From assembly GCA_963840455.1 (NCBI GenBank), contig CAWIYV010000014.1, forward strand, positions 224,001 through 288,000: a stretch of 64,000 nt of DNA, in the 5' to 3' direction. The stretch is from Nitrospirota bacterium (GTDB lineage Bacteria; Nitrospirota; UBA9217). The notes under the pieces are model-generated. The model was not told the DNA's origin, did no database searches, and saw only the letters and a list, made by a program, of their open reading frames with translations. The translations under genes were made by a program, and so were the position numbers. Shown here piece by piece: positions 49,278 to 61,112 of this stretch. Every line of letters begins with the position of its first letter. The first letter of the stretch is position 1.

Positions 49278-50051
49278 ATGAAGCGAAGAACAGCAGTAAT
49301 AGGCATGGCCGTGGCGATTGCGCTCGGATCGATGATCACTGCATATGCCGCGATCGTCGGGGCAAGGAAGGAGGGACTGGTCGAGTATGTCGGCGCACAG
49401 AAGGATATTTTTGTGAGCGGCAAGGCGTCCAGCGTCGTCTCTTTGGAAGACTTGGCCGGACGCAAGGGGCTCTATGCCATGGGACCCATTGACGGCCTTG
49501 ATGGCGAGATCACCATCTTCGACTCAAAGCCCTATATCACTCAAGTGCGGGGCAACGACTACACTCTCGATAAGACCTTTAAACACGGGGCGTTCTTCCT
49601 GGTCTGGACCGAGCAGGCGAACTGGATCGATGTGCCGCTGCCTGCAACGGTAAAGGGTTATGTGGATCTACAGAAGTTCGTGAAGGAGCAGGCTCAGAAG
49701 ACGGGGATCGACGTGACCAAGCCCTTCCCGTTCCTGATGACCGGAACGCCGGTTGAGATCAAGTGGCATATCAACGTGGACCGGACCGAGGGAAAACCCA
49801 TCACGAAAGAGCTGTTCGTCAAATCAAAGGCGCCGTTCGTGACGAAGAATGAACCCGTCGATATCATCGGATTCTATTCCGACCACCATGTCGGTGTGTT
49901 CCTCGCAGAGTACGCTCCCGCAATCAAAGAAGGCTCGGGCATGAAGAACGCGATCCACATCCATCTGGTGTCGCGAACGAGCAAGGCATCGGGCCACATC
50001 GACGATATCACCTTCGGTGATGGGATGGTACTGCGTCTGCCGAAATCGTAA
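49278..50051 (+). CDS. Exported alpha-acetolactate decarboxylase-like protein
   Basis: Signal peptide; G...GLDGEITIFD, IIGFYS, IHIH...SGH metal-site pattern. Confidence 0.65.
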   Translation: MKRRTAVIGMAVAIALGSMITAYAAIVGARKEGLVEYVGAQKDIFVSGKASSVVSLEDLAGRKGLYAMGPIDGLDGEITIFDSKPYITQVRGNDYTLDKTFKHGAFFLVWTEQANWIDVPLPATVKGYVDLQKFVKEQAQKTGIDVTKPFPFLMTGTPVEIKWHINVDRTEGKPITKELFVKSKAPFVTKNEPVDIIGFYSDHHVGVFLAEYAPAIKEGSGMKNAIHIHLVSRTSKASGHIDDITFGDGMVLRLPKS

Positions 50052-50161
50052 TTGTCCGCCAGTTGTTGACTTCGCTGGTATGCAGGAATATAATCATGCC
50101 CGACCCGTTGTGATGGGTCGGGCTTTTCTCTGTTCTCTGTCGAGGCGTGCCTGTGGACATC

Positions 50162-51124
50162 ATGCATATGACCTTCTCCATTTCAGGGGTGACGACCAAT
50201 CTCCTGTTCCCCCCACTCGTTGCAATGGTGATCTCGTTCTTTACCTCCATGGGTGGCATCTCCGGCGCCTTCCTGCTCCTGCCCTTCCAGATGAGCGTCC
50301 TTAACTACACTGCGCCATCGGTAAGCGGCACGAACCACGTGTTCAACATCGTCGCGATCCCCAGCGGCGTGTACCGTTATATCAAAGAAGGCCGCATGGC
50401 GTGGCCGCTCACCTGGGTTGTCATTGCCGGCACGCTCCCGGGTGTGTTCATCGGATACTATCTTCGCGTGCTGTACCTTCCGGACCCCAAAACGTTCAAA
50501 CTGTTCGTCGGGTGCGTCCTATTATATATCGGGATCAGGCTGTTCAAAGACCTGTTCGGCGGCAATAAGGACCGGTCAGCAGGAGCAAAGGTCCTTGAGG
50601 AAAAGTTCAAGGCACGGGCATTTGAGATGAGGAAAGAACATCATGCGAAGATTGCAGCGGGCCTTCCCGCGGACGCCGTGGTGAGAACGATAAGTGTGTC
50701 GCTCCAGAAGGTCGAGTACGAGTTTTGGGGTGAGAGATTCTCGTTCAACACGCTGGGTATGTTCGCTCTCGCCTTTGCGGTCGGCATTATCGGAGGTGCG
50801 TATGGGATCGGCGGCGGCGCCATTATCGCGCCCTTCTGCGTGGCCTTCTTCCAGTTGCCGGTCTATACCATTGCCGGAGCGACGCTGACGGGAACGCTCA
50901 TCACCTCGGTCGCGGGAGCGCTCTTCTTCAGCGTGCTGCCGGCGACGCACGGCGTATCACCCATGCCTGACTGGCCGCTGGGGGTCCTCTTCGGTGTCGG
51001 CGGATTCGCGGGGATGTATCTCGGCGCGAAGACACAGAAATATATGCCGCAGAAGTTCATTAAGATATTCGTGGGCACTGCCATCCTATTCCTTGCAATA
51101 AAATACATTACGCAATATTTATAA
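50162..51124 (+). CDS. TauE/SafE (TSUP) family transporter
   Basis: SMGGISGAFLLLP and GAYGIGGGAIIAP half-repeats, ~8 TMs. Confidence 0.88.
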   Translation: MHMTFSISGVTTNLLFPPLVAMVISFFTSMGGISGAFLLLPFQMSVLNYTAPSVSGTNHVFNIVAIPSGVYRYIKEGRMAWPLTWVVIAGTLPGVFIGYYLRVLYLPDPKTFKLFVGCVLLYIGIRLFKDLFGGNKDRSAGAKVLEEKFKARAFEMRKEHHAKIAAGLPADAVVRTISVSLQKVEYEFWGERFSFNTLGMFALAFAVGIIGGAYGIGGGAIIAPFCVAFFQLPVYTIAGATLTGTLITSVAGALFFSVLPATHGVSPMPDWPLGVLFGVGGFAGMYLGAKTQKYMPQKFIKIFVGTAILFLAIKYITQYL

Positions 51125-51334
51125 TCGACTTCATGCCCCGGCCTTTAAAGAGCGCTCAGCACATCGTCCTTTTGGTCGTGCCGGCACAAGAAGATACGAC
51201 ATACGGCCGGACCCCTCCCACTTCGCTCCACGCTGCTTCTCTGTATCACAGAGACCATGTACGTGTTTCAGAATAGAACGCTATTCTATTTCGGCGGTAT
51301 CCGCTGAAAAGATCAACTGGTGAATGAATACCAC

Positions 51335-51379
51335 TTGACAAGAACAACCGGGCCCACTATAGTTATGTGCATATGCACA
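51335..51379 (+). promoter_or_regulatory. sigma70 promoter with palindromic operator
   Basis: TTGACA-N17-TATAGT, then a perfect 14-bp palindrome TGTGCATATGCACA (51366-51379). Confidence 0.75.
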
Positions 51380-51394
51380 ATATTGGAGGTGGGC

Positions 51395-51670
51395 ATGTCG
51401 CCACGATGCAAGAAACCGCGGAACTGCAGATGCACATTCAAAGGCAAAGCCTTTAAACCCACAGGCGTTCCGATGGCAGAGGTCGAGCACATTCCCCTCT
51501 TGCGGGAAGAGCTTGAGGCCTTGAAGCTCTGCGATCTGGATGACCTTACGCAGGCGGAGGCCGGCACAAAGATGAGGGTATCGCGAGGGACCGTTCAAAG
51601 AATACTTACTGCCGCACGGAAGAAGGTTGCGAAAGCACTGAGCAAAGGCCAGGCCATCGTATTTGAATAG
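51395..51670 (+). CDS. DUF134 family DNA-binding protein
   Basis: FKPTGVP, EELEALKLCD...Q.EAG..M.VSRGTVQRIL..ARKKVA; SD GGAGGT. Confidence 0.9.
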   Translation: MSPRCKKPRNCRCTFKGKAFKPTGVPMAEVEHIPLLREELEALKLCDLDDLTQAEAGTKMRVSRGTVQRILTAARKKVAKALSKGQAIVFE

Positions 51671-51704
51671 ACGTCGGAGAAACCATCCTAAGGAGGAACT
51701 GCAC

Positions 51705-52085
51705 ATGAAGATCTGTTTTCCCGTCCAGAATGATAATGGAATCGAGAGCGCGGTATACAATCACTTTGGCTCAGCGCCGGTATTTGTCGTTGTCGATACG
51801 GACACGAACGGGGTTGCGTCGATCAACAATCGGGACCAGCACCATACCCATGGTGCATGCAGCCCGATGAAGGCGCTTGATAATCAAAAAGTAGATGCGA
51901 TCGTCGTTGGCGGCATCGGAGCGGGCGCGCTCACGAGGCTGAACCAGATGGGCATCACGGTGCATCGCGCAAAGGGAGAGACCATACGAGAAAATCTCTC
52001 GATGTTCCAGGCGAACAGCCTTCCGGTGTTGACGGTCCAGGGGTGCTGCGGCGGCCATAGCAAGGACGGGGGCTGCGCTCATTAG
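51705..52085 (+). CDS. NifB/NifX (FeMo-co-binding) family protein
   Basis: HFGSAPVF, GGIGAGA, Cys/His-rich tail. Confidence 0.88.
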   Translation: MKICFPVQNDNGIESAVYNHFGSAPVFVVVDTDTNGVASINNRDQHHTHGACSPMKALDNQKVDAIVVGGIGAGALTRLNQMGITVHRAKGETIRENLSMFQANSLPVLTVQGCCGGHSKDGGCAH

Positions 52086-52120
52086 GCGTCACCAACAACA
52101 GTAAAAGGAGAATAGACAAG

Positions 52121-52489
52121 ATGGAAAACAAGGAATTCGTCTTCGTGCTCACGCATTCGTATGATGCCATTGAACGCGCAGCAGCCGCGCTGCAGCTTGC
52201 CACCAACATGGCGGCGTTCGATGCCAAAATAGATTTTTTCCTCATGAACGAAGGCGTGCATCTGGCGAGAAAGGGATTTGCCGAGTCTGTTACGTGGCAG
52301 AAGGGATTTTCACCCGTTGCGGAGCTCATGAAAAGCCTCGTGGAAGACTTCGATTGCAGGTTCTATATCTGCGCATCCTGCGTTAAACCATACGGTCTTG
52401 AGGGAGCGGAGTGGATAAAGAACGCAGAGGTCAAACCGGGCTCCTACCTTGGGGAACTCCTCATGGCACGGCAAAATGTGACCTTTTGA
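52121..52489 (+). CDS. DsrE family protein
   Basis: FFLMNEGVHLARKG, YICASC. Confidence 0.8.
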   Translation: MENKEFVFVLTHSYDAIERAAAALQLATNMAAFDAKIDFFLMNEGVHLARKGFAESVTWQKGFSPVAELMKSLVEDFDCRFYICASCVKPYGLEGAEWIKNAEVKPGSYLGELLMARQNVTF

Positions 52490-52626
52490 TCCGCGCAAGG
52501 GCCACGAAGGCGGGTAAACTTTTACGGGTCAGTCCCAGGCGTGCGGAGACACGAACAGTGGCCCGTAGATGCTGAGAGGCCCGATCGATCATGCGCGCAT
52601 TCTTGAATCTACCAGCAACGCTATTT

Positions 52627-52740
52627 TGAATCCAGGAACGAGCGCATTCCCCGTAGCTTTCCGCGGGGCTAGCGAGCGATGAGAATAAAGGGAACAACCC
52701 TGAGGATCGAAGCTCCCTGCAGCCTGTTGCAGGGAGCTTT
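52627..52740 (+). mobile_element. Palindromic non-autonomous element
   Basis: TGAATCCAGGAACGAGCGCATTCCCCG...GAAGCTCCCTGCAGCCTGTTGCAGGGAGCTT. Confidence 0.75.
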
Positions 52741-52954
52741 GATAAATTTGAAACTAGCTCAGCACGCCCTGCCCACCGATAAACAACATATTGCTTTATC
52801 CCGCCTCATGATTTATAATCTGCCGCGATAAAACAGACAAGGGGACAGGGAGACACGGTGACACGGAGACACAAGGATTCACTTCCTGAGCCGGTTCCTG
52901 CCCGAGATTGCCGCGAAAGTCGATGGTTCGCTGAAAAATGTCAGGGGGGCTGAT

Positions 52955-54850
52955 TTGGCAGCTACGTATACCGCAAAGGACATCACGGTTCTCGAAGGGC
53001 TGGAGCCGGTCAGGAAACGGCCGGCCATGTACATCGGCTCGACGGACTCGCGAGGGCTGCATCACCTCGTGTGGGAGGTGCTGGACAACGCCGTTGACGA
53101 GGCATTGAACGGCTACTGTACCGCCATCACCTTGCGGATCGAAAAGGACGGTGGCGTGACCGTGACGGACAACGGCCGCGGCATTCCGGTGGACATCCAC
53201 CCGAAGACGAAGCGGCCGGCCATCGAGACCATCCTCTGCACGCTGCACGCGGGAGGCAAGTTCGACCACACGGCATACCGGTCGTCCGGCGGTCTCCACG
53301 GCGTGGGCGCATCGGTCGTGAACGCCCTTGCCGAGGTCTTCTTCGCACGGGTCTGGCGCGACGGCTACGAGTGGACCCAGGAATTCTCGCGCGGCAAGCC
53401 CAAGGGCAACCTGAAAAAGGGCAAGCCGACCAAGGCCCATGGCACGGAGATCTACTTCAAGCCGGACACCGATATCTTCTCCAAGACCACCTTCAACGCC
53501 AAGACCATCCTCGATGTCACCGAGAGCAAGGCCTTCCTGAACAAGGGCCTCAAGATCACGATCGAGAACGTGCGCGATGGCGAGAAGCCGGTCACCTTCA
53601 AGTACGACAACGGGATCCAGGACTATATCAAGCGGATCGTTGCGGGCACGACGGTGGTGAACGCCGAGCCCTTCTACCTTGAGAAGGAGGATGACTTCAA
53701 GATCGAGTGCGCGGTCCACTGGACGCTTGCCACGGACATGGAGATCCACTCCTACGCCAACTCCATCAACACCACCGACGGCGGCACCCACGAGCTGGCG
53801 GTGCGGTCCGGCCTCACCAAAGCTGTGCGCGCCTACGCGGAGCGCAAGAACCTCATTCCCAAGAACATCAAGGTCCTGGCGCCCGAGGACGTGTACGAGG
53901 GCCTCTACGGCATCGTGAGCGTGCTGGTCAAGAACCCCCAGTTCCAGGGCCAGACCAAGGAGAAGCTGAACAATCCCGAGATCTCCACGCCCATCGAGAA
54001 CTCGGTCAAGAATGCTTGCGAGGCATACCTCCTCGCGAACCCGACCATGGCCGACGCAGTGGTGAAGCGCGTGCTGCTCGCGGCCGAAGCGCGCATGGCG
54101 TCGCGGGCGGCCAAGGACAGCGTCACCCGCAAGCTCTCGACGCTCAAGCTGAACCTGCCGGGAAAGCTGGCGGACTGCTCGTCGAGCAAGGTGGAGGATT
54201 CGGAGCTCTTCATCGTGGAAGGCGAATCGGCAGGCGGCTCCGCCAAGATGGCGCGGGACCGGAAGACCCAGGCCGTGCTGTCGCTCCGCGGCAAGATCCT
54301 GAACGTGGAGCAGGTGGCGTCGCTGGAACGCATCCAGTCGAACAACGAGATCAAGAACCTCCTGGCCACGCTCGGTTGCGGCTTGGGCAGCCACTTCGAT
54401 CTTGCCAAGCTCCGGTACAACCGCGTGATCCTGATGACCGACGCGGACGTTGACGGTGCGCACATCAGCGTGCTGCTCCTGACCTTCATCTACCGGTACA
54501 TGCCTGAGCTGATCAACAAGGGCCACGTGTTCCTCGCCATGCCGCCGCTCTACCGCATCGAGGCCGGCAAGGAAGTGTTCTACGCCATGGACGAGATGGA
54601 GAAGGACAAGATCCTGGCGAAAATGAACAACAGAAAGTACGAGGTGGGCCGCTTTAAGGGATTAGGCGAGATGAACCCGGAGACGCTCAAGGAGACCACC
54701 ATGAACCCCAGGACCCGGTCGCTCATGAAGGTCCAGGTCCTGGACCACAAGGCCACGGGCGACACCTTCGAGCGGCTCATGGGCAAAGACCCCAAAGCGC
54801 GGTTCGCGTTCATCCAGGAGCGGGCGGAGTACGCCGAACTGGATATATAG
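52955..54850 (+). CDS. Type IIA topoisomerase B subunit (ParE-like)
   Basis: EGLEPVRKRPAMYIG, GGLHGVG, EGESAGG, LRGKILN, MTDADVDG, KGLGEM; short C-terminus ...AELDI resembles ParE. Confidence 0.9.
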   Translation: MAATYTAKDITVLEGLEPVRKRPAMYIGSTDSRGLHHLVWEVLDNAVDEALNGYCTAITLRIEKDGGVTVTDNGRGIPVDIHPKTKRPAIETILCTLHAGGKFDHTAYRSSGGLHGVGASVVNALAEVFFARVWRDGYEWTQEFSRGKPKGNLKKGKPTKAHGTEIYFKPDTDIFSKTTFNAKTILDVTESKAFLNKGLKITIENVRDGEKPVTFKYDNGIQDYIKRIVAGTTVVNAEPFYLEKEDDFKIECAVHWTLATDMEIHSYANSINTTDGGTHELAVRSGLTKAVRAYAERKNLIPKNIKVLAPEDVYEGLYGIVSVLVKNPQFQGQTKEKLNNPEISTPIENSVKNACEAYLLANPTMADAVVKRVLLAAEARMASRAAKDSVTRKLSTLKLNLPGKLADCSSSKVEDSELFIVEGESAGGSAKMARDRKTQAVLSLRGKILNVEQVASLERIQSNNEIKNLLATLGCGLGSHFDLAKLRYNRVILMTDADVDGAHISVLLLTFIYRYMPELINKGHVFLAMPPLYRIEAGKEVFYAMDEMEKDKILAKMNNRKYEVGRFKGLGEMNPETLKETTMNPRTRSLMKVQVLDHKATGDTFERLMGKDPKARFAFIQERAEYAELDI

Positions 54851-54892
54851 ACTCAGCATCCGCGGTCAGGGTACTGGGCGGATCTCTTGCTA

Positions 54893-54923
54893 GGGCAGGC
54901 CATTGGGCCTGCCTTTTCTTTTT
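54893..54923 (+). terminator. Intrinsic terminator
   Basis: GGCAGGCC-attg-GGCCTGCC followed by TTTTCTTTTT. Confidence 0.75.
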
Positions 54924-54990
54924 CAGAAGAAGAGGGGGGCGCCGCCTGCCTTGAGCTCGCCTGGTCGGGTCTTCGCAGTATTATTTCCGA

Positions 54991-55020
54991 TTGACACTAC
55001 TTTCTCCTATCTGGTATAGT
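54991..55020 (+). promoter_or_regulatory. sigma70-like promoter of the trp operon
   Basis: TTGACA-N18-TATAGT, 28 nt before the trpE ATG. Confidence 0.6.
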
Positions 55021-55048
55021 AAAAACTCTTTTATTTGCAAGGGTTTTT

Positions 55049-56533
<1,485 letters not shown>

Positions 56534-56556
56534 CAGCAAAAAGACGATAAAGAAAG

Positions 56557-56664
56557 TTTTACCGCAGAGCATGCAGAGGTCGCTGAGAAAAGATCAGCCT
56601 GATATTTCTGATTCAGGAGTAAAGACCCAAAACTTTGCGTTCTCCGCGATCTCTGCGGTGAAAA
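56557..56664. repeat. REPIN-like long hairpin of 9-mer units
   Basis: TTTTACCGCAGAG...CTCTGCGGTGAAAA inverted arms. Confidence 0.6.
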
Positions 56665-56684
56665 TGTGCCGGGAAGGTTGAATT

Positions 56685-57248
56685 ATGCTGTTAATGCTCG
56701 ATAACTACGATTCCTTCACCTACAACCTGGTCCAGTACCTGGGCGAACTGGGGCAGGACCTGAAGGTGTACCGGAACGACAAGATCACCATCGCAGAGAT
56801 CGAGGCGCTCAAACCGGAGCGCATCGTGATCTCGCCGGGGCCCTGCACGCCGAAAGAGGCGGGCATCTCCATTGACGTGATCAAGCACTTCTCGGGCAAG
56901 GTCCCTATCCTCGGCGTCTGCCTGGGCCATCAATCCATGGGCGAGGCCTTCGGCGGCGACGTCATCCGCGCGCCCTACCTGATGCACGGCAAGACCTCAC
57001 TGATCCATCACGACGGCAGGACCATCTTTGCGGGCCTCCCGAACCCTTTTGAGGCCACGCGGTACCATTCGCTCATCATCAGGAAAGAGACGCTGCCCCC
57101 GGTGCTCGAGATCTCGGCCTGGACCGATGACGGCATCATCATGGGGGTTCGGCATAAAAAGTTCAAGGTGGAGGGTGTTCAGTTCCATCCCGAGTCGATC
57201 CTGACGGGCGCGGGCAAAGATCTCTTGAGGAACTTCTTAAATCTCTGA
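56685..57248 (+). CDS. trpG: Anthranilate synthase component II (glutamine amidotransferase)
   Basis: DNYDSFT, SPGP, GVCLGHQ, QFHPES. Confidence 0.95.
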   Translation: MLLMLDNYDSFTYNLVQYLGELGQDLKVYRNDKITIAEIEALKPERIVISPGPCTPKEAGISIDVIKHFSGKVPILGVCLGHQSMGEAFGGDVIRAPYLMHGKTSLIHHDGRTIFAGLPNPFEATRYHSLIIRKETLPPVLEISAWTDDGIIMGVRHKKFKVEGVQFHPESILTGAGKDLLRNFLNL

Positions 57249-57280
57249 CAGGTTGACGCGGGGAAGCGGATAAAGCGACG

Positions 57281-58294
57281 ATGATCAAGGAAGCCATAGC
57301 AAAGGTCGTGGCCGGCACGAGCCTCACCGAAGCAGAGGCCGAGGGCGTGATGCGCGAGATCATGCAGGGCGAAGCAACGGACGCCCAGATCGCCGCGTAC
57401 ATCACTGCACTCCGCATGAAAGGCGAGACCGTAGAGGAGATCACCGGCTCGGCGCGGGTGATGCGCGAGAAGGCGGTTCATGTCAAGCTCGACGCGCCCT
57501 TCCAGGTGGACACCTGCGGCACCGGCGGCGACATGTCGCATACGTTCAATATCTCGACCACGGTCGCCTTCGTGGTCGCCGGGGCAGGCGTGGCCGTGGC
57601 CAAGCATGGCAACCGGTCCGTGTCGAGCAAGAGCGGGAGCGCCGACGTGCTTCAGGCCCTGGGCATCAACATCGAGATGCCTGCCCAGCGCATCGAAGAA
57701 TGCCTGAACGAGGTCGGCATTGCCTTCCTCTTCGCACCCATGATGCACCAGGCGATGAAGTACGCCATCGGGCCGCGCCGCGAGATCGGCATCAGGACCA
57801 TCTTCAACCTCCTGGGGCCGCTCACGAACCCGGCCGGGGTGAAGGCCCAGATCATGGGCGTTTACTCCGCCAACCTCACCGGGCTGCTTGCAAAGGCATT
57901 GGGCAACCTGGGCCTCACGCGCGCCTATGTGGTGCACGGCATGGACGGTCTGGACGAGATCACCGTCGCCGACCGGACCAAGGTCTCCGAGTACAAGGAC
58001 GGGACCGTGACCGACTATTTCATCCATCCATCGGACTTCGATCTGTCCATGGGCAAGCAGGATGACCTGAAGGGCGGCGACGCCAGGGAGAACGCCGCCA
58101 TCACGCTCCAGGTCCTGAAAGGACAGCTGGGTCCCCGCCGTGATATTGTGCTCTTGAACGCTGCCGCCGGGCTCACCGCAGCAGGCAAAGCGAAGGATTT
58201 CCGCGACGGCATCCTTCTCGCCGGCGAGGCCATCGATTCAGGCGCGGCGCTGCAGAAGCTGGAGCAGCTCAGGAAGTTCACGAACAAACCATAG
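57281..58294 (+). CDS. trpD: Anthranilate phosphoribosyltransferase
   Basis: DTCGTGGD, FNIST, KHGNRSVSSKSGSAD, GPLTNP. Confidence 0.96.
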   Translation: MIKEAIAKVVAGTSLTEAEAEGVMREIMQGEATDAQIAAYITALRMKGETVEEITGSARVMREKAVHVKLDAPFQVDTCGTGGDMSHTFNISTTVAFVVAGAGVAVAKHGNRSVSSKSGSADVLQALGINIEMPAQRIEECLNEVGIAFLFAPMMHQAMKYAIGPRREIGIRTIFNLLGPLTNPAGVKAQIMGVYSANLTGLLAKALGNLGLTRAYVVHGMDGLDEITVADRTKVSEYKDGTVTDYFIHPSDFDLSMGKQDDLKGGDARENAAITLQVLKGQLGPRRDIVLLNAAAGLTAAGKAKDFRDGILLAGEAIDSGAALQKLEQLRKFTNKP

Positions 58295-58333
58295 GGGCAA
58301 GGGTCCAGGTGCCAGTTCCGGAAATCAGACAGA

Positions 58334-59113
58334 ATGATTTTAGATGAGATCGTTGCATATAAAAAAGAAGAGCTGGCTGAGACGAAGCGCGGCGCTTCGC
58401 TGGCTGATCAGAAAAAGCGGGCCGCTGACGCCGGCCCCCTGCGGGGGTTCGGGGCAGCGCTGACGACGACAGGCGGCATCAAGCTCATAGCCGAGGTGAA
58501 GAAGGCGTCGCCCTCAAAGGGCGTGATCCGAGAGGACTTCGATCCGGTCAGGATCGCCGCGACGTACCAGGAGGCCGGGGCAACATGCCTGTCGGTCCTG
58601 ACGGAGAAGAAGTATTTCCAGGGCAGCCTTGAATCCCTGGGGGCCATCAGGAGGGCCGTCGGGCTCCCGCTCTTGCGGAAGGACTTCATCGTCGACGAAT
58701 ACCAGATCTTCGAGGCCCGGGCGGCAGGGGCGGACGCCATCCTGCTTATCGCTGCCTGTCTGGACAGGCGCCAGTTGGAGGATTACCTGGGGATCGCGGG
58801 AAACCTCGGGCTCGATGTCCTGGTGGAATCGCATACGGTGAAAGAACTGGACAAGACGCTCCATGCGGGCGCCCGGATCGTAGGGATCAACAACCGGGAC
58901 CTCATGCGCTTTACGGTCAGCCTGCAGACGACGTTCGATCTCTTACGGGATATCCCGGACGATCGCGTCGTGGTGAGCGAAAGCGGCATACAGAGCAGGG
59001 ACGATGTGGTGAGGCTCGAGAAGGCCGGCGTGGACGCGGTCCTCGTGGGCGAGAGCCTGATGCGGGAGAAGGATATGGGGAAAAAGGTCAAGGAACTGTT
59101 AGGCAAGGATTAA
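58334..59113 (+). CDS. trpC: Indole-3-glycerol phosphate synthase
   Basis: IAEVKKASPSKG, LRKDF, GINNRDL, SESGI. Confidence 0.96.
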   Translation: MILDEIVAYKKEELAETKRGASLADQKKRAADAGPLRGFGAALTTTGGIKLIAEVKKASPSKGVIREDFDPVRIAATYQEAGATCLSVLTEKKYFQGSLESLGAIRRAVGLPLLRKDFIVDEYQIFEARAAGADAILLIAACLDRRQLEDYLGIAGNLGLDVLVESHTVKELDKTLHAGARIVGINNRDLMRFTVSLQTTFDLLRDIPDDRVVVSESGIQSRDDVVRLEKAGVDAVLVGESLMREKDMGKKVKELLGKD

Positions 59114-59118
59114 AATCT

Positions 59119-59235
59119 GCCACGGAGGCACGGAGGCCACAGAGGAAAGATAGAAAAAGAGGCAGAGCAAGCGGGAAGATTACGATTTCGTAGTATTTGC
59201 CCCGATCTTCTCCGTGTTCTCTGCATCTCTGTGGC
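59119..59235. repeat. REPIN-like long hairpin of 9-mer units
   Basis: GCCACGGAGGCACGGAG...CTCCGTG...CTCTGTGGC inverted arms. Confidence 0.6.
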
Positions 59236-59246
59236 GAAATAAAACT

Positions 59247-59867
59247 ATGGTAAAGATCAAGATCTGCGGCATCACCAACATCGACGATGCAATGGCTTCC
59301 GTGGAGCTCGGAGCCGATGCGCTGGGGTTCAACTTCTACAAGAAGAGCCCCCGTTTCATCGAGCCTGAGAAAGCGGCGGAGATCATCGCCCAGCTCCCGC
59401 CTTTCATCGTGCCGATCGCCATTTTTGTGAACGAGCGGGAGGAAAAGATCCTGGAGATGCTGAAAGCGTCCTGCATCCACGGCGTCCAGTTCCACGGTGA
59501 CGAGACGCCGGAGTTCTGCCAGCGGTTCGGCAATCATGTCATCAAGGCGTTCCAGGTGAAGGACAAGGAGAGCCTGAAGCACATGTCCCACTACCGGGTG
59601 AGCGCTTACCTCCTGGACAGCTACCGGGAGGGGCTCCGGGGCGGCACGGGCGAGACCTTCGACTGGCACCTCGCCGTTGTGGCCAAGACCTTCGGCAGGA
59701 TCATTCTGGCCGGCGGCCTGAACCCGGACAACGTCGCCGAGGCCGTGAAGCTCGTCCAGCCCTACGGCGTGGATGTGGCGGGCGGCGTTGAACGGGACAA
59801 AGGGATCAAGGACCATGCGAAGCTCAGGAAGTTCATCACCGAGGTCCGGAAGGCGTCGCGTCCATGA
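59247..59867 (+). CDS. trpF: Phosphoribosylanthranilate isomerase
   Basis: [35 protein letters not shown]. Confidence 0.95.
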   Translation: MVKIKICGITNIDDAMASVELGADALGFNFYKKSPRFIEPEKAAEIIAQLPPFIVPIAIFVNEREEKILEMLKASCIHGVQFHGDETPEFCQRFGNHVIKAFQVKDKESLKHMSHYRVSAYLLDSYREGLRGGTGETFDWHLAVVAKTFGRIILAGGLNPDNVAEAVKLVQPYGVDVAGGVERDKGIKDHAKLRKFITEVRKASRP

Positions 59868-61054
59868 ACATGCCCGATAAGAAAGGCCACTTCGGCGTCT
59901 ACGGCGGGAAATTCGCGCCTGAGACGCTGATGCCCGCGCTCGCGGAGCTTGAGAACGCGTATCTTGCGGCAAGGAAGGACAAGGAATTCCAGGCCGAGCT
60001 CGACTACTATTTCAAGGAATTCATCGGCAGGCCCACGCCGCTCTACTACGCGGCGCGGCTGACCAGGCATCTGGGGGGCGCGAAGATCTATCTGAAGCGC
60101 GAGGACCTCTGCCACACGGGCGCGCACAAGATCAACAACTCCCTGGCGCAGGTGCTGCTTGCCAAGCGCATGGGAAAGAAGCGTGTCATCGCCGAGACCG
60201 GCGCGGGTCAGCACGGCGTGGCGACCGCCACGGCCGCGGCCATGTTCGGCCTCGACTGCGAGGTCTATATGGGGACCAACGATGTGGCGCGCCAGTCCCT
60301 GAACGTGTTCCGCATGAAGCTCCTCGGGACGACGGTGCGGCCCGTGGACAGCGGCAGCAGGACGCTGAAGGACGCGATCAACGAGGCCATGCGCGACTGG
60401 ATCACGAACGTGGGGAGCACGCACTATGTGCTCGGCACGGTATACGGGCCTCATCCGTTCCCCGTGATGGTGAGGGATTTCCAGTCCGTCATCGGCCGTG
60501 AGGCGAAGAAGCAGATCATGAAGATGGAAGGCAGGGTCCCGGATGCGCTCGTGGCCTGTGTGGGCGGCGGCTCGAACGCCATGGGCCTGTTCTATGAGTT
60601 CCTCGACGACAGGGCCGTAAAGATGTATGGCGTCGAGGCGGGAGGCCTCGGCATCGAACGGGGCAAGCACGCGGCACGGTTCGCCGGAGGCTCCCTCGGC
60701 GTGCTGCAGGGCTGCAAGACCTTCGTGCTCCAGGACGACGACGGCCAGATCGAGATGACCCATTCCGTGTCCGCTGGACTCGACTACGCGGCTGTGGGGC
60801 CGGAGCACGCAATGTACCACGACACCGGCCGCATCGAATACACGTACGCCATAGACGAAGAGGCCATGGAGGCCTTTGACCTCCTGTCGCGTCTTGAGGG
60901 CATCATTCCGGCGCTCGAGAGCGCCCATGCGGTTGCCTACTGCCTCAAGCTCGCGCCCACGCTCGGGAAGGACAATGTGATCATCTGCAACCTCTCGGGC
61001 CGCGGCGACAAGGACGTGATGCAGGTGGCGAAGATCAAGGGCGTGGAGCTGTAA
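59864..61054 (+). CDS. trpB: Tryptophan synthase beta chain
   Basis: [37 protein letters not shown]. Confidence 0.97.
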   Translation: MNMPDKKGHFGVYGGKFAPETLMPALAELENAYLAARKDKEFQAELDYYFKEFIGRPTPLYYAARLTRHLGGAKIYLKREDLCHTGAHKINNSLAQVLLAKRMGKKRVIAETGAGQHGVATATAAAMFGLDCEVYMGTNDVARQSLNVFRMKLLGTTVRPVDSGSRTLKDAINEAMRDWITNVGSTHYVLGTVYGPHPFPVMVRDFQSVIGREAKKQIMKMEGRVPDALVACVGGGSNAMGLFYEFLDDRAVKMYGVEAGGLGIERGKHAARFAGGSLGVLQGCKTFVLQDDDGQIEMTHSVSAGLDYAAVGPEHAMYHDTGRIEYTYAIDEEAMEAFDLLSRLEGIIPALESAHAVAYCLKLAPTLGKDNVIICNLSGRGDKDVMQVAKIKGVEL

Positions 61055-61112
61055 GAAGCGAATTAAAATTCAATATTCAATATTCAAGATTCAAGGAGAG
61101 GATCACGTCCGT

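Noticed and set aside
54924-55048. trp attenuator or leader peptide
   Set aside because: The promoter-like sequence lies only 28 nt from the trpE start; no Trp-codon leader or T-box seen.
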